A DNA stretch of 64,000 bases, taken from contig JBBTSV010000005.1 in assembly GCA_038064595.1 (NCBI GenBank), forward strand, positions 612 to 64,611, written 5' to 3'. The DNA comes from Patescibacteria group bacterium. GTDB taxonomy: Bacteria; Patescibacteriota; Minisyncoccia; Phycocordibacterales; Phycocordibacteraceae. This document shows, one piece after another, positions 1 through 10,790 of the stretch. The notes below the pieces were generated by a model. The model was not told where the DNA came from. It saw only the letters and a list, made by a program, of their open reading frames with translations, and searched no databases. Numbering within the stretch: position 1 is the first letter of the stretch; each line of letters starts with the position of its first letter. The position numbers and the translations under genes were made by a program.

Positions 1-24
1 GGTTCAATTCCCGGCAGCCCGACA
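1..24 (+). tRNA. 3' fragment of a tRNA (T-arm plus acceptor 3' strand), truncated by window edge
   Basis: ggttcaattcccggcagcccgaca resembles T-loop plus acceptor end of the neighbouring tRNAs. Confidence 0.35.
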
Positions 25-44
25 CAGGGCATCTCCACACAAAG

Positions 45-115
45 CGGGCTATAGTATACCGGTAGTACGCATGCATGGGGTGCATGTAGACCGGGTTCGA
101 TTCCCGGTAGCCCGA
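45..115 (+). tRNA. tRNA-Pro (anticodon GGG)
   Basis: 7-bp acceptor stem cgggcta/tagcccg; anticodon stem catgc/gcatg with loop atGGGgt; T-arm ccggg-ttcgatt-cccgg; no encoded CCA. Confidence 0.75.
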
Positions 116-212
116 CTAAACGCAGTGCAGGAGGTGTAGGGAATCGAAGGCCGGAGGCCCGAAGGGGCCGAGGCGGGGTCGCGCAAATTTCTAGCAAGAA
201 ATTATGCGTGAC

Positions 213-232
213 CGATTCCCGGTAGCCCGACT
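213..232 (+). repeat. 20-nt direct duplicate of the tRNA-Pro 3' end (cgattcccggtagcccgact, also at 98-117)
   Basis: Exact 20-mer repeated 115 bp downstream; intervening 95 bp is GC-rich and has no tRNA acceptor stem. Confidence 0.6.
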
Positions 233-269
233 GAATTTCATCCCCTCGTATGCTAAAATCCTTCATCAA

Positions 270-340
270 GGGCCTATAGTTCAGCGGTAGAACGCGTCCA
301 TGGCATGGACGAGGTCGGGGTCCGACTCCCCGTAGGTCCA
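270..340 (+). tRNA. tRNA-Ala (anticodon GGC)
   Basis: Acceptor gggccta/taggtcc with G3:U70 wobble (Ala identity element); anticodon loop atGGCat; T-arm present. Confidence 0.8.
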
Positions 341-365
341 CAAATTTGATATAGTCTTTCGCAAC

Positions 366-436
366 GGGCCTATAGTAAAGTGGTATTACGCGTCATTCGC
401 ATTGACGAGGCGGGAGTCCGATTCTCCCTAGGTCCA
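366..436 (+). tRNA. tRNA-Ala (anticodon CGC)
   Basis: Same acceptor stem with G3:U70 as previous; anticodon loop ttCGCat. Confidence 0.8.
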
Positions 437-481
437 CAAATACACAAAACCTGCCCTGCGGCAGGTTTTGTGTATTTGTGG
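434..481 (+). terminator. Long perfect hairpin (22-bp stem) following the tRNA cluster
   Basis: ccacaaatacacaaaacctgcc ctgc ggcaggttttgtgtatttgtgg. Confidence 0.55.
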
Positions 482-651
482 AAGCCGCAGTGATGTTCGG
501 CTAGCAAGCCGAACCACGAGGCGGGGTAGCGGAAATCTGTGAGCGACCTAAATTTTAACGACCAAAGGGAGTATAAAATTGGAAGTACTCTCTGTGGTGT
601 GGCGACGAACAGATTATCCGTGACCACAAAAGACATAAAGATTTTGATACT

Positions 652-679
652 TTGACCGCAGAAATTTATGTGCTACAAT
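652..679 (+). promoter_or_regulatory. Canonical sigma70-type promoter TTGACC-16-TACAAT upstream of CDS 713
   Basis: -35 TTGACC, 16-nt spacer, -10 TACAAT, then AGGAGG RBS 7 nt before ATG 713. Confidence 0.5.
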
Positions 680-712
680 ATAAATTCCCAACACGTCTAG
701 GAGGAATGGGAA

Positions 713-1210
713 ATGAAGGAATTGTCGGGGGACAACCCCCACCTCGAGCTCCTTCTGAAGGAGCTCAGTGCCTGTATGCGGGCGTGTGGCGCAAACCGCG
801 CTACCCGCCACACCATGTTCGCTTACACCAGCAGCAGGCTCGTCACGCGCTTCGGCCAGCGTCGCGACGCGATAGCGCATGCGGCGCACAGCCTCAAGGC
901 GCTCCACAAGCTCCTCAAGGAGAAGCCGCCTGCTGAGAAGTTTGACGACGTAGCCATTCGTCTCGCCTTGGTCTTTGCGTGGGCGGAGTCGACTCCGAAG
1001 GAGTCGGCGGCGTTCGCCCAAGACGAGGTGCGCAACTTCACTGCGGGCGAGCGCACTGACCTTCCCGAAAAGGTCTTTGGGTTGGTTGCGACGATCAATG
1101 GCTGCAAGCCAGCCGCGACCCCCGAGGAGCACTATGTCTCGCAGGCGGGTCTGCGGGCCTATATGCTCGAACACCCGCCGCACCGCAAGGGGGCTAAGGG
1201 GCCCACGTGA
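713..1210 (+). CDS. Hypothetical protein (165 aa)
   Basis: ORF with AGGAGG RBS and host-like codon usage; the overlapping minus ORF 614..1231 is R/L-rich antisense. Confidence 0.6.
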   Translation: MKELSGDNPHLELLLKELSACMRACGANRATRHTMFAYTSSRLVTRFGQRRDAIAHAAHSLKALHKLLKEKPPAEKFDDVAIRLALVFAWAESTPKESAAFAQDEVRNFTAGERTDLPEKVFGLVATINGCKPAATPEEHYVSQAGLRAYMLEHPPHRKGAKGPT

Positions 1211-1235
1211 TCTTTCAGGCCGCCGGAGCAATCCG

Positions 1236-1282
1236 GCGTTCTGCTTTTTATAAAAGCAGAACGCCCGCTAGAGCGGGCGTTC
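1236..1282. terminator. Two overlapping GC hairpins between convergent genes (bidirectional terminator)
   Basis: ggcgttctgcttttta/taaaagcagaacgcc and gaacgcccgc-taga-gcgggcgttc. Confidence 0.5.
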
Positions 1283-1304
1283 TGCACTCCTCGAGTGGAG
1301 AGGA

Positions 1305-1553
1305 TTAACTCAGGTGTGCCGAGACGAGCTTGGTCATCTCAAACATCGTGACTTCGTCCTTGCCGAAAACCGGTCTAAGTTTGTCGTCCGCGATAATGTT
1401 GCGCTTATTCTGGGGGTTCTGGAGGTTGTGCTTCTTGATGTACTCCCAGAGCTTCTTTACCACCTCGGTTCTTGGGTACGGCCCGGCACCGATAACCGCC
1501 TCCAGTTCTGGAGAAGGAGTGAGGGGTTTTGCGAACGCTGAATTGGTTGCCAT
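1305..1553 (-). CDS. SWIB/MDM2 domain protein
   Basis: 82 aa; PRTEVVKKLWEYIKKHNLQNPQNKRNIIADDKLRPVFGKDEVTMFEMTKLVSAHL is a textbook SWIB domain. Confidence 0.85.
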   Translation of the reverse strand: MATNSAFAKPLTPSPELEAVIGAGPYPRTEVVKKLWEYIKKHNLQNPQNKRNIIADDKLRPVFGKDEVTMFEMTKLVSAHLS

Positions 1554-1624
1554 AAATGAATATAATTGTATTAAGACTAACTCCCTCTAGTATATAGCAT
1601 ACTCGAGGGGGTTTCTGCTACACT

Positions 1625-2377
1625 GTGGGTATGCACGAAGGAATACACGTCGCCCTCAAGGCGGAGCAGATAGGCTCCGTTTTCAATTTCCCCATTACTA
1701 ATTCTCTCCTGTTGGCATGGGTGATAATGGCGCTCCTCATCGGGGGAGCGTATTTCTTTGGCCGTTCGCTCCGCACCATCCCTGGCAAATTTCAAGCGGG
1801 GGTCGAATGGGCGTTTGAGGGTGCGCTCGGCTATATGAGCGAGGTTTTGGAGAGTGAGGCGCTCGCGCGCCGTTTCTTCCCGCTTATCGCGACGATCTTC
1901 CTTTTTGTCGCTGTTATAAATGTGACCGAGTTTTTCCCCGGTATTGGGTCGGTCGGCTTTCTCCATGAAGGCGAATTTTCCCCTCTGCTTCGCGCGCCGA
2001 CGACCGACCTTAACTTTACCCTCGCGCTTGCAATGATTGCGTTTTTCACGATCGAGATCACCAGCATCGCGGTGCTCGGATTTTTCAAATATGCACGGAA
2101 GTATGTTAATCTGAAGTCGCCGATCGGGTTTGCCGTCGGGCTCATTGAGCTCGTCAGCAATCTCGGTCGGCTCATCTCGTTCTCGTTTCGTCTCTTTGGG
2201 AACATTTTTGCCGGAGAGGTGCTTGTGCTTGTCGCAAGTTTCTTCATCCCGTACGTGCTCCCTGCGCCCCTCATGGGCTTTGAGATGTTTATCGGGCTCA
2301 TCCAGGCACTCGTCTTTGCAATGTTAACGCTGTTCTTTATTAAGCTGGCGATCATGGATCCACACGAGGCGCACTAA
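1625..2377 (+). CDS. atpB: F0F1 ATP synthase subunit a
   Basis: Multi-TM protein with conserved C-terminal region; first gene of the ATP synthase operon (true start may be ATG 1631). Confidence 0.9.
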   Translation: MGMHEGIHVALKAEQIGSVFNFPITNSLLLAWVIMALLIGGAYFFGRSLRTIPGKFQAGVEWAFEGALGYMSEVLESEALARRFFPLIATIFLFVAVINVTEFFPGIGSVGFLHEGEFSPLLRAPTTDLNFTLALAMIAFFTIEITSIAVLGFFKYARKYVNLKSPIGFAVGLIELVSNLGRLISFSFRLFGNIFAGEVLVLVASFFIPYVLPAPLMGFEMFIGLIQALVFAMLTLFFIKLAIMDPHEAH

Positions 2378-2448
2378 CCCTTCACCGGGCGAGAGCGTTT
2401 GGTGTGGCTCCGAGATAGTGGGCCTTTTATTCGTAATACACCCTAATC

Positions 2449-2676
2449 ATGGATGTAGAATCAGCACGTTTGATCGGGATGGCGCTCGCCGCAGGGCTTG
2501 GGGTGATCGGTCCCGGACTTGGAATTGGACTTATCGGCAGTGGGGCGATGCAGGCGATCGGGAGAAATCCAGAAGCGTCTGGCAAAATTGTGTCGAACAT
2601 GATCCTCGCGATTGTCTTTACCGAGGCGCTCGGCATCCTCGCCCTCGTCGTCGCGTTCATCATCAAGTTCGTTTAG
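2449..2676 (+). CDS. atpE: F0F1 ATP synthase subunit c
   Basis: 75-aa hairpin proteolipid with GxGxGxG-type helix and conserved acidic residue. Confidence 0.9.
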   Translation: MDVESARLIGMALAAGLGVIGPGLGIGLIGSGAMQAIGRNPEASGKIVSNMILAIVFTEALGILALVVAFIIKFV

Positions 2677-2689
2677 ATCACCACGCTCG

Positions 2690-3139
2690 ATGGACCAGCT
2701 TTTCTCAGCGTTCGGCATCGATTGGCGCCTACTCATTGCGCAGGCGATTAACTTTGCCTTGGTGCTTGTCGCGCTCCGTTACTTTCTCTACACCCCTGTG
2801 ATGGATATGCTCGCGAAGCGTAAGGCGCTGGTGGCGCAAGGAGTCGCCGATGCTGAAAAGGCGGGAGCACTCCTTGCGGGTGCTGACCACGAGGCGGCCG
2901 AGCGGGTCAGAACGGCTGATACTAAAGCACAGGAGCTCCTTGCTCGTGCGCGTGAGGCAGCGGCCGCCGAGAAGGGGCGCCTTCTCAAGGAGGCAGAGGA
3001 GCGGGCGGCCGCGCTCACGCGTGAAGCAGCTCTGCGCACAGAAGAGGCGGCCGCCCGCGGGAAGCGCGAGAGCGAGCGGGAGATCGCGCGAGTCGCCCTC
3101 CTCGCTGCAGAGAAGATTCTCAAGAAGCACTATGATTGA
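2690..3139 (+). CDS. atpF: F0F1 ATP synthase subunit b
   Basis: N-terminal TM helix then long A/E/R-rich coiled coil; ORF-track entry 2612 is an upstream extension overlapping atpE. Confidence 0.8.
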   Translation: MDQLFSAFGIDWRLLIAQAINFALVLVALRYFLYTPVMDMLAKRKALVAQGVADAEKAGALLAGADHEAAERVRTADTKAQELLARAREAAAAEKGRLLKEAEERAAALTREAALRTEEAAARGKRESEREIARVALLAAEKILKKHYD

Positions 3140-3503
3140 TACCTACACCCGCATACTCGAAGCTGCCGCGGAAGTCGAGGACAAAGAAGCGTCTGACGCA
3201 GCAGTCACCAAGCTCATCATGCACCTGAAGAGTATGGGCCGTCTCAAAATGCTGCCGCAGATTGCGCGGGAGCTGCGCAAGGTTGCCGCACGCCGCGCTG
3301 CACGGCGTCCGGTAATCGAAGTCGCGCATCACAAAGAAGCAGCTGCGGCGCTCCGCGCCGCAGCTGCAGCAGGCATTAGTGCCAGCCACACAAGCGTCAA
3401 TCACGGCCTTATTCACGGATGGCGTGCGCGCAGTCACGGCCGCCTCATCGATCATTCAGCGAAGCGTGCCCTCCTTACGATTTATCAGACCGTCACTCGG
3501 TAA
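3132..3503 (+). CDS. atpH: F0F1 ATP synthase subunit delta (OSCP), short form
   Basis: 123 aa starting at ATG overlapping the atpF stop; position in operon between b and alpha. Confidence 0.65.
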   Translation: MIDTYTRILEAAAEVEDKEASDAAVTKLIMHLKSMGRLKMLPQIARELRKVAARRAARRPVIEVAHHKEAAAALRAAAAAGISASHTSVNHGLIHGWRARSHGRLIDHSAKRALLTIYQTVTR

Positions 3504-3506
3504 CGT

Positions 3507-5057
3507 ATGAATAGCATCATCGAACGTATTGAAAAAGAGATCGCCGCATGGGCACCCGAGGTGGGTGCTGAAGAGGTGGGTGTCGTGCGCGCTACCGGCG
3601 ACGGGATCGCTGAAATCGACGGGCTCGAGAAGGCAGTCCTTTCTGAGATGGTCCTCTTTGATCCCACGTTTGATCGCACGCTTACCGAGGCGCTCGCAGA
3701 CCCCAACCCAATCTATGGACTCATTTTGAATCTTGAAGAGGACGGCGTCCGTGCGGTCATTCTGGGCGATGCGTCCAAGATCTATGAGGGGATGCTCGTG
3801 CGTCGCCTCAACCGCCTCCTCTCAATCTCGGTCGGTCCCGAGCTTGTGGGACGCGTGGTGAACCCTCTCGGCGAGCCCGTCGACGGGAAAGGCCCGACGA
3901 AGGCGAAGGAGGAGCGGCCGATCGAGCGCGAGGCGTATGGCGTGATCGATCGTGCTCCGGTGAATGTCCCACTCCATACGGGTATCAAGGCGGTGGACGC
4001 GATGATCCCGATCGGTCGTGGTCAGCGTGAGCTCATCATTGGTGATCGCGGTACCGGCAAGACCACCATCGCGATCGACACCATTATCAATCAGAAGAGT
4101 GAGTCGGCCACTACGCGTCCTATCTGTATCTATGTCGCGATCGGTCAGAAAGAGAGCAAAACCGCCAAACTCGTGGCCGAGCTCGCCGCCCGCGGCGCGA
4201 TGGAGTACAGCATTGTAGTAACTGCTCCTGCATCTAGTCCTGCTGCCTTGCAGTTCCTTGCGCCGTTTGCGGGCGCGACCATCGGTGAATATTTTATGGA
4301 GCAAGGGAAGGACGCGCTCGTCGTCTACGACGACCTCTCTAAGCAGGCCGTTGCCTATCGTCAGCTGGCGCTCCTCTTGCGTCGCCCGCCGGGCCGCGAG
4401 GCATACCCGGGTGACATCTTCTACCTCCACTCACGCCTCCTCGAGCGTGCCGCCAAGCTTTCCAAGGAGAAAGGGGGAGGTTCTTTGACTGCGCTCCCGA
4501 TTATCGAGACGCAGGAGGGCGATGTCTCGGCGTACATCCCAACCAACGTGATCTCGATCACCGACGGACAAATTTACCTCGAGACGAACCTCTTCAATAA
4601 AGGGCAGCGTCCTGCCATCAATGTTGGTATTTCTGTTTCGCGCGTGGGAAGCTCGGCACAGACGAAGGCGATGAAGAAGGTCGCCGGCAAGATTAAGCTC
4701 GAGCTCGCTCAGTTTCGAGAACTGGAAGCCTTCATGCAGTTCTCTTCTGACTTGGATCCTGAAACCAAGAAGCGCATCGATGCTGGGCGTCGCATGACCG
4801 AGATTCTCAACCAGGGACGCGGTGTTCCGCTCCCCTTTGAAATGGAGGCAGCGATTATCTTTACTGCAACCAGCGGGTACCTGAATTCTTTTGCACCAGA
4901 AGAGATTAAGGAGGTTGAGGAGAAGCTTCGCGACTACCTCTACCGCGAGGCCGGCGGCGTCCTCGCCGCGATCAAAGAATCTCGTGAGATTCGTGAAGAG
5001 ACCGAGAAAACACTTCGCGAGAAGCTCGACGCCTTTGTCGCGCAGCATAAAAACTAG
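3507..5057 (+). CDS. atpA: F0F1 ATP synthase subunit alpha
   Basis: 516 aa; Walker A GDRGTGKT, typical alpha subunit sequence. Confidence 0.95.
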   Translation: MNSIIERIEKEIAAWAPEVGAEEVGVVRATGDGIAEIDGLEKAVLSEMVLFDPTFDRTLTEALADPNPIYGLILNLEEDGVRAVILGDASKIYEGMLVRRLNRLLSISVGPELVGRVVNPLGEPVDGKGPTKAKEERPIEREAYGVIDRAPVNVPLHTGIKAVDAMIPIGRGQRELIIGDRGTGKTTIAIDTIINQKSESATTRPICIYVAIGQKESKTAKLVAELAARGAMEYSIVVTAPASSPAALQFLAPFAGATIGEYFMEQGKDALVVYDDLSKQAVAYRQLALLLRRPPGREAYPGDIFYLHSRLLERAAKLSKEKGGGSLTALPIIETQEGDVSAYIPTNVISITDGQIYLETNLFNKGQRPAINVGISVSRVGSSAQTKAMKKVAGKIKLELAQFRELEAFMQFSSDLDPETKKRIDAGRRMTEILNQGRGVPLPFEMEAAIIFTATSGYLNSFAPEEIKEVEEKLRDYLYREAGGVLAAIKESREIREETEKTLREKLDAFVAQHKN

Positions 5058-5080
5058 GACACTGGGTGTCCTAACTTTGT

Positions 5081-7388
<2,308 letters not shown>

Positions 7389-7419
7389 AAGGTATGATAT
7401 ATCATACTAGCAGCACAGT

Positions 7420-7668
7420 ATGACGAAAACATTTCACCTGACGGTCGCACGGGTCGGAGAGAATCTCTTTGACGGGGAGGCGGTGTCAGTGACCCTGCCC
7501 GGAAAGGAGGGTATCTTTCAAGTCTTGCCTGAGCATGAAGCCTTTGTATCAGAGCTTGCGGTGGGACAGATGCACGTGAAGGCCGCCGATAACCAGTCGT
7601 ATCATTTTGAGATCCCTCATGGCGGGGTAGCTGAAGTCTCTCGCAATCAGGCGACTATACTTCTGTAG
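7420..7668 (+). CDS. atpC: F0F1 ATP synthase subunit epsilon, N-terminal beta-sandwich only
   Basis: 82 aa; matches epsilon N-domain, lacks the C-terminal helical hairpin. Confidence 0.75.
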   Translation: MTKTFHLTVARVGENLFDGEAVSVTLPGKEGIFQVLPEHEAFVSELAVGQMHVKAADNQSYHFEIPHGGVAEVSRNQATILL

Positions 7669-7672
7669 GCAA

Positions 7673-8104
7673 GTGGTATACTGGGGGTATATGGAAGACG
7701 GCTTCTCTGATCAGGTACCACCCGAGCGCGTGCGGCCGCACTATCACGGCGACAATTCGCGGATCCTTTTCGTGATTGCCGCGGTTATCTTGGTCGTGGC
7801 CAAGTCAACTGGCGCCACGCTCCCGCTTTCAACTATCGGGACCGTGGTCACGGCAGTGATCTTGGTCGTTCTCGCGGGAATTACGAATCCAGCACAGGGG
7901 TGGATCCATTGGGCGAACGCGGTCTTCGCGACGGTAGGGACACTCCTTTTTGGAGTCACGGCGATCAGCCGTTATCGCACAGGAGTGAGCATGACCGATC
8001 CATCATTTGTCTATGTCGAAGTGCTCGCCCTCCTCTCCCTCATTACGCTCTACCTCACGACGCGTACTATCCGCGGCTTTCATCAACGCCCTCACCTTTC
8101 ATAA
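7673..8104 (+). CDS. Hypothetical membrane protein
   Basis: Three predicted TM helices; start may be ATG 7691 after a TGGTATACT -10-like motif. Confidence 0.55.
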   Translation: MVYWGYMEDGFSDQVPPERVRPHYHGDNSRILFVIAAVILVVAKSTGATLPLSTIGTVVTAVILVVLAGITNPAQGWIHWANAVFATVGTLLFGVTAISRYRTGVSMTDPSFVYVEVLALLSLITLYLTTRTIRGFHQRPHLS

Positions 8105-8105
8105 T

Positions 8106-8339
8106 ATGTCAGTCAAAATGTTTCTTCTCAATCAGTACGCCAAGTGGAAAATGAAAGACGTTCCCGCTGATCAGCGGGAACAGATGATCACCATGGTTTC
8201 TAAAGACCCGGAGCTCTTTCAGAAGATCGGCAAGGAGATCGAGCGACGCAAGAAGGGTGGGGAGAGCGAGATGAAGGCCGCGATGGAGGTGATGAAGAAA
8301 TACCGCGCCGAGCTCTCGGGTACGATACAGCGGAAATAA
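8106..8339 (+). CDS. Small hypothetical protein (77 aa)
   Basis: ATG within ORF-track entry 8007..8339; K/E-rich soluble protein. Confidence 0.4.
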   Translation: MSVKMFLLNQYAKWKMKDVPADQREQMITMVSKDPELFQKIGKEIERRKKGGESEMKAAMEVMKKYRAELSGTIQRK

Positions 8340-8342
8340 ATC

Positions 8343-8849
8343 ATGTACAGCCTCGTCATCCTCTTCGTCTTTCTCCAAGCGCTCGGCGCCTTCACTGGCG
8401 CCTTTGCGACCATCTGGGCAGAGCTCGCCTATATCCGCGCGATGCGCGACGGCAAGGTCGACCGCGCCGAGCGCACACACCTCGACGCTATAGCCACAGG
8501 GCTCCGCTTTGGTATGACCTTGATCCTTCTCGCCTCGCTCGGGCTCGTTATCCTCGCGTATGTGAGTGACCCCGGAGTGCAGCCCGGCTTCTCACAGAGC
8601 TACTGGACCCTGATGCTCCTCTCGCTCCTTATCGTCTGGGTCTCGTGGGCGCTCTCGCGTAAGCGAGTCTCCTTTGCCTACGGTTCAGCGATCGCCTTCT
8701 CGGCATGGTGGTTTCTCGCCTACGCGACGCTCGGGTGGCTCCCGCTCCTCTCCTTTGGCGCCGTGCTCGCCTCCTTCGTCGTCGTCACGGGGATCTTTTT
8801 TGTACTCCTCCAGCTCCTGCGCACTATTTCTCTCCGCTCCCGTAAGTAA
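8343..8849 (+). CDS. Hypothetical membrane protein (168 aa)
   Basis: 4-5 hydrophobic helices, host-like codon usage. Confidence 0.6.
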   Translation: MYSLVILFVFLQALGAFTGAFATIWAELAYIRAMRDGKVDRAERTHLDAIATGLRFGMTLILLASLGLVILAYVSDPGVQPGFSQSYWTLMLLSLLIVWVSWALSRKRVSFAYGSAIAFSAWWFLAYATLGWLPLLSFGAVLASFVVVTGIFFVLLQLLRTISLRSRK

Positions 8850-8851
8850 AA

Positions 8852-8892
8852 AATATTCTTATCACTAGCCGATCGTCAAAGATAAGAATATT
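8852..8892. repeat. AT-rich 12-bp-stem hairpin AATATTCTTATC...GATAAGAATATT; related copy at 31648-31689
   Basis: Perfect 12-bp inverted repeat; the 16-mer AAATATTCTTATCACT recurs at 31647. Confidence 0.6.
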
Positions 8893-8972
8893 GACAAACC
8901 ATTTGAATAGTTTATAACCTAGGGCAGTAGTACCCGCGATTTTCGCAGACCGTTCCTCAGGGTTATCTGGGG

Positions 8973-9377
8973 TTGGAGACTTTCATGAAGACAGCTATAG
9001 TGTTCGAAGCGGAAGAGATCGACAAGCTGAAGGTGCTGGTCGCGAAGCTTAGCAAGCTGGCGATGGAAGCTGCCACGGTCGCATCGGACATCAACGTGAT
9101 CCTCGGCGAGACTGGCGGGTCGGCGCACGACCTGAACCTGCTGCAGCCGATCGAGACCCTCGAGCTTACGATCCGTGCGCGGGATTGTCTGATGGCCGAG
9201 GGCGTCTATTACATCGGCGACCTGATCCAGCGCACCGAGACCGAGCTGCTGAAGATCCCCAATCTCGGCCGCAAGAGCCTCAACGAGATCAGGGAAGCGC
9301 TGGCCTCTCGCGGCCTCCAGTTTGGCACCCAGCTCGAGAACTGGCCGCCGCCGGGCTTGCAGGACCTGCGCAAGTAG
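8973..9377 (+). CDS. Stand-alone RNA polymerase alpha-subunit C-terminal domain (alpha-CTD) protein
   Basis: Residues ~55-134 [71 protein letters not shown] align closely to E. coli RpoA 249-325; CTG/CGC/GCC-rich codon usage unlike neighbours. Confidence 0.8.
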   Translation: METFMKTAIVFEAEEIDKLKVLVAKLSKLAMEAATVASDINVILGETGGSAHDLNLLQPIETLELTIRARDCLMAEGVYYIGDLIQRTETELLKIPNLGRKSLNEIREALASRGLQFGTQLENWPPPGLQDLRK

Positions 9378-9583
9378 CGCCGTCAAGAACGGTAGAGGAG
9401 TCCCCGAGGGAGCCACGAGTGGCACCCGAGGGGATTTCGAATTTTAATGCTGGGGAAATGGCTTATTATATGGATTGTTTTGCCCCCGGGGCCGGATGCC
9501 TGGGCGAACACGTTGACTCCGGTCTTCGTGTTCGCCCCTCGATTCAGCTTGCGACACGAGCGTGTCGTCACCTGATAGAGGAG

Positions 9584-9620
9584 AAAACCCGCGCGGCGTA
9601 GCCGCGCGGGTTTTCTGTTT
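9584..9620 (+). terminator. Rho-independent terminator
   Basis: aaacccgcgcggc-gta-gccgcgcgggttttctgtttct. Confidence 0.6.
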
Positions 9621-9646
9621 CTCGCCGCATAGTGTAGATTGGTTAG

Positions 9647-10744
9647 ATGCTTAAGATCGGTATCGTGGGTCTGCCGAACGTCGGTAAGTCGACGCTTTTT
9701 AATGCGCTCACCAAGGCGAGTGTGCCGGCAGAGAATTATCCTTTCTGCACCATCGACCCCTCGGTCGGTGTCGTCGGCGTGCCAGACGCGCGGCTCGCCA
9801 AGCTCGAGGCCTTTTCTTCGAGCGCCAAGGTGATCCCGGCGGCGATAGAATTCGTCGATATCGCAGGGCTCGTGAAGGGGGCCTCCACCGGCGAAGGGCT
9901 CGGGAACCAGTTCCTAGCCAATATCCGCGAGACCGATGCGATCCTCGAGGTGGTGCGCTTCTTTGACGACACCAGCATCCTCCACGTCGAGAATGAGGTC
10001 GAGCCGTATAAAGATATCGAGATTATCAACCTCGAGCTCGTCCTTGCCGACGCCGAGCAAGTGCGTAAGCGCCGCGACAAAATCGCACGCGACGTTACCA
10101 TGGGCGACAAGGCCGCGGTGCTTGAAGACAGCGCGCTCACCCTCCTTGCTCAAGCCTTCAGTCTCGGTAAGCTCGCGCTCCAGGCAGGGCTCTCAGAGGA
10201 TCAGAAAAGGGCAGTGCAGTCGCTCAACCTCCTTACCCTGAAGCCGATTCTTTATGCGTTTAATAAAAAGAGCGGTGGGCACAACCTCGATGAGCTTAAG
10301 GATGGGCGCGCGGAGCGCGCCATCGAGCTCGTGGAGTCGCTTGGCGGCCGCTACATCTATCTCGACGCCGCGACCGAGCGCGAGCTTAACGACGTCGCCG
10401 ATGAAGACCGTGAAGGCTTTCGCCAAGAGCTCGGGGTGAGCGAGGACGGCCTCGCGGGGCTCATCACCGCGGCATACAAGACGCTCGGGCTCATCTCCTT
10501 TTTTACGACCGGCAAAGATGAGACCCGCGCGTGGACGGTGAAGGCGGGGAGCACGGCGCCCGCGGCGGGCGCCGCCATCCACAATGACTTTTTGAATAAA
10601 TTTATCCGCGCCGAGGTTATCGAGTGGAGCACACTCCTTGCCGCTGGCTCCTACGCCGCCGCCCGCGAGAAGGGCCTCGTGCGCACAGAAGGGAAGGAGT
10701 ACGTGGTGAAGGATGGGGATGTTATAGAGTTTTTGCACGGCTGA
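9647..10744 (+). CDS. ychF: Ribosome-binding ATPase YchF (Obg-family GTPase)
   Basis: MLKIGIVGLPNVGKSTLFNALT G1 motif, 365 aa with C-terminal TGS domain. Confidence 0.9.
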   Translation: MLKIGIVGLPNVGKSTLFNALTKASVPAENYPFCTIDPSVGVVGVPDARLAKLEAFSSSAKVIPAAIEFVDIAGLVKGASTGEGLGNQFLANIRETDAILEVVRFFDDTSILHVENEVEPYKDIEIINLELVLADAEQVRKRRDKIARDVTMGDKAAVLEDSALTLLAQAFSLGKLALQAGLSEDQKRAVQSLNLLTLKPILYAFNKKSGGHNLDELKDGRAERAIELVESLGGRYIYLDAATERELNDVADEDREGFRQELGVSEDGLAGLITAAYKTLGLISFFTTGKDETRAWTVKAGSTAPAAGAAIHNDFLNKFIRAEVIEWSTLLAAGSYAAAREKGLVRTEGKEYVVKDGDVIEFLHG

Positions 10745-10790
10745 ACAGTTTGGGGCGTGAATGGTTGTTTTGTGGTATAATCGTCTACAT

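Noticed and set aside
119-212. Possibility that 119-232 is an intron-containing or unusual tRNA
   Set aside because: No 5' acceptor strand complementary to tagcccg, and only the last 20 nt match a tRNA.
614-1231. Long minus-strand ORF (205 aa) overlapping the 713..1210 gene
   Set aside because: R/L-rich, low-complexity composition typical of antisense reading of a GC-rich gene. The plus ORF has an RBS and promoter.
2850-3503. 217-aa ORF suggested by the six-frame track
   Set aside because: The upstream 94 codons are an R/S-rich out-of-frame overlap with atpF. The real atpH start is ATG 3132, overlapping the atpF stop.
8919-9425. 168-aa minus-strand ORF overlapping the alpha-CTD gene
   Set aside because: The plus-strand product has unmistakable RpoA-CTD similarity. 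The minus ORF is an antisense artefact of high GC.
9185-9601. 138-aa ORF and 47-aa Cys-containing sub-ORF (from ATG ~9449) after the alpha-CTD gene
   Set aside because: Overlaps the alpha-CTD gene out of frame, has no convincing RBS or motif, and its stop lies in a terminator loop. It is kept only as a remote possibility.
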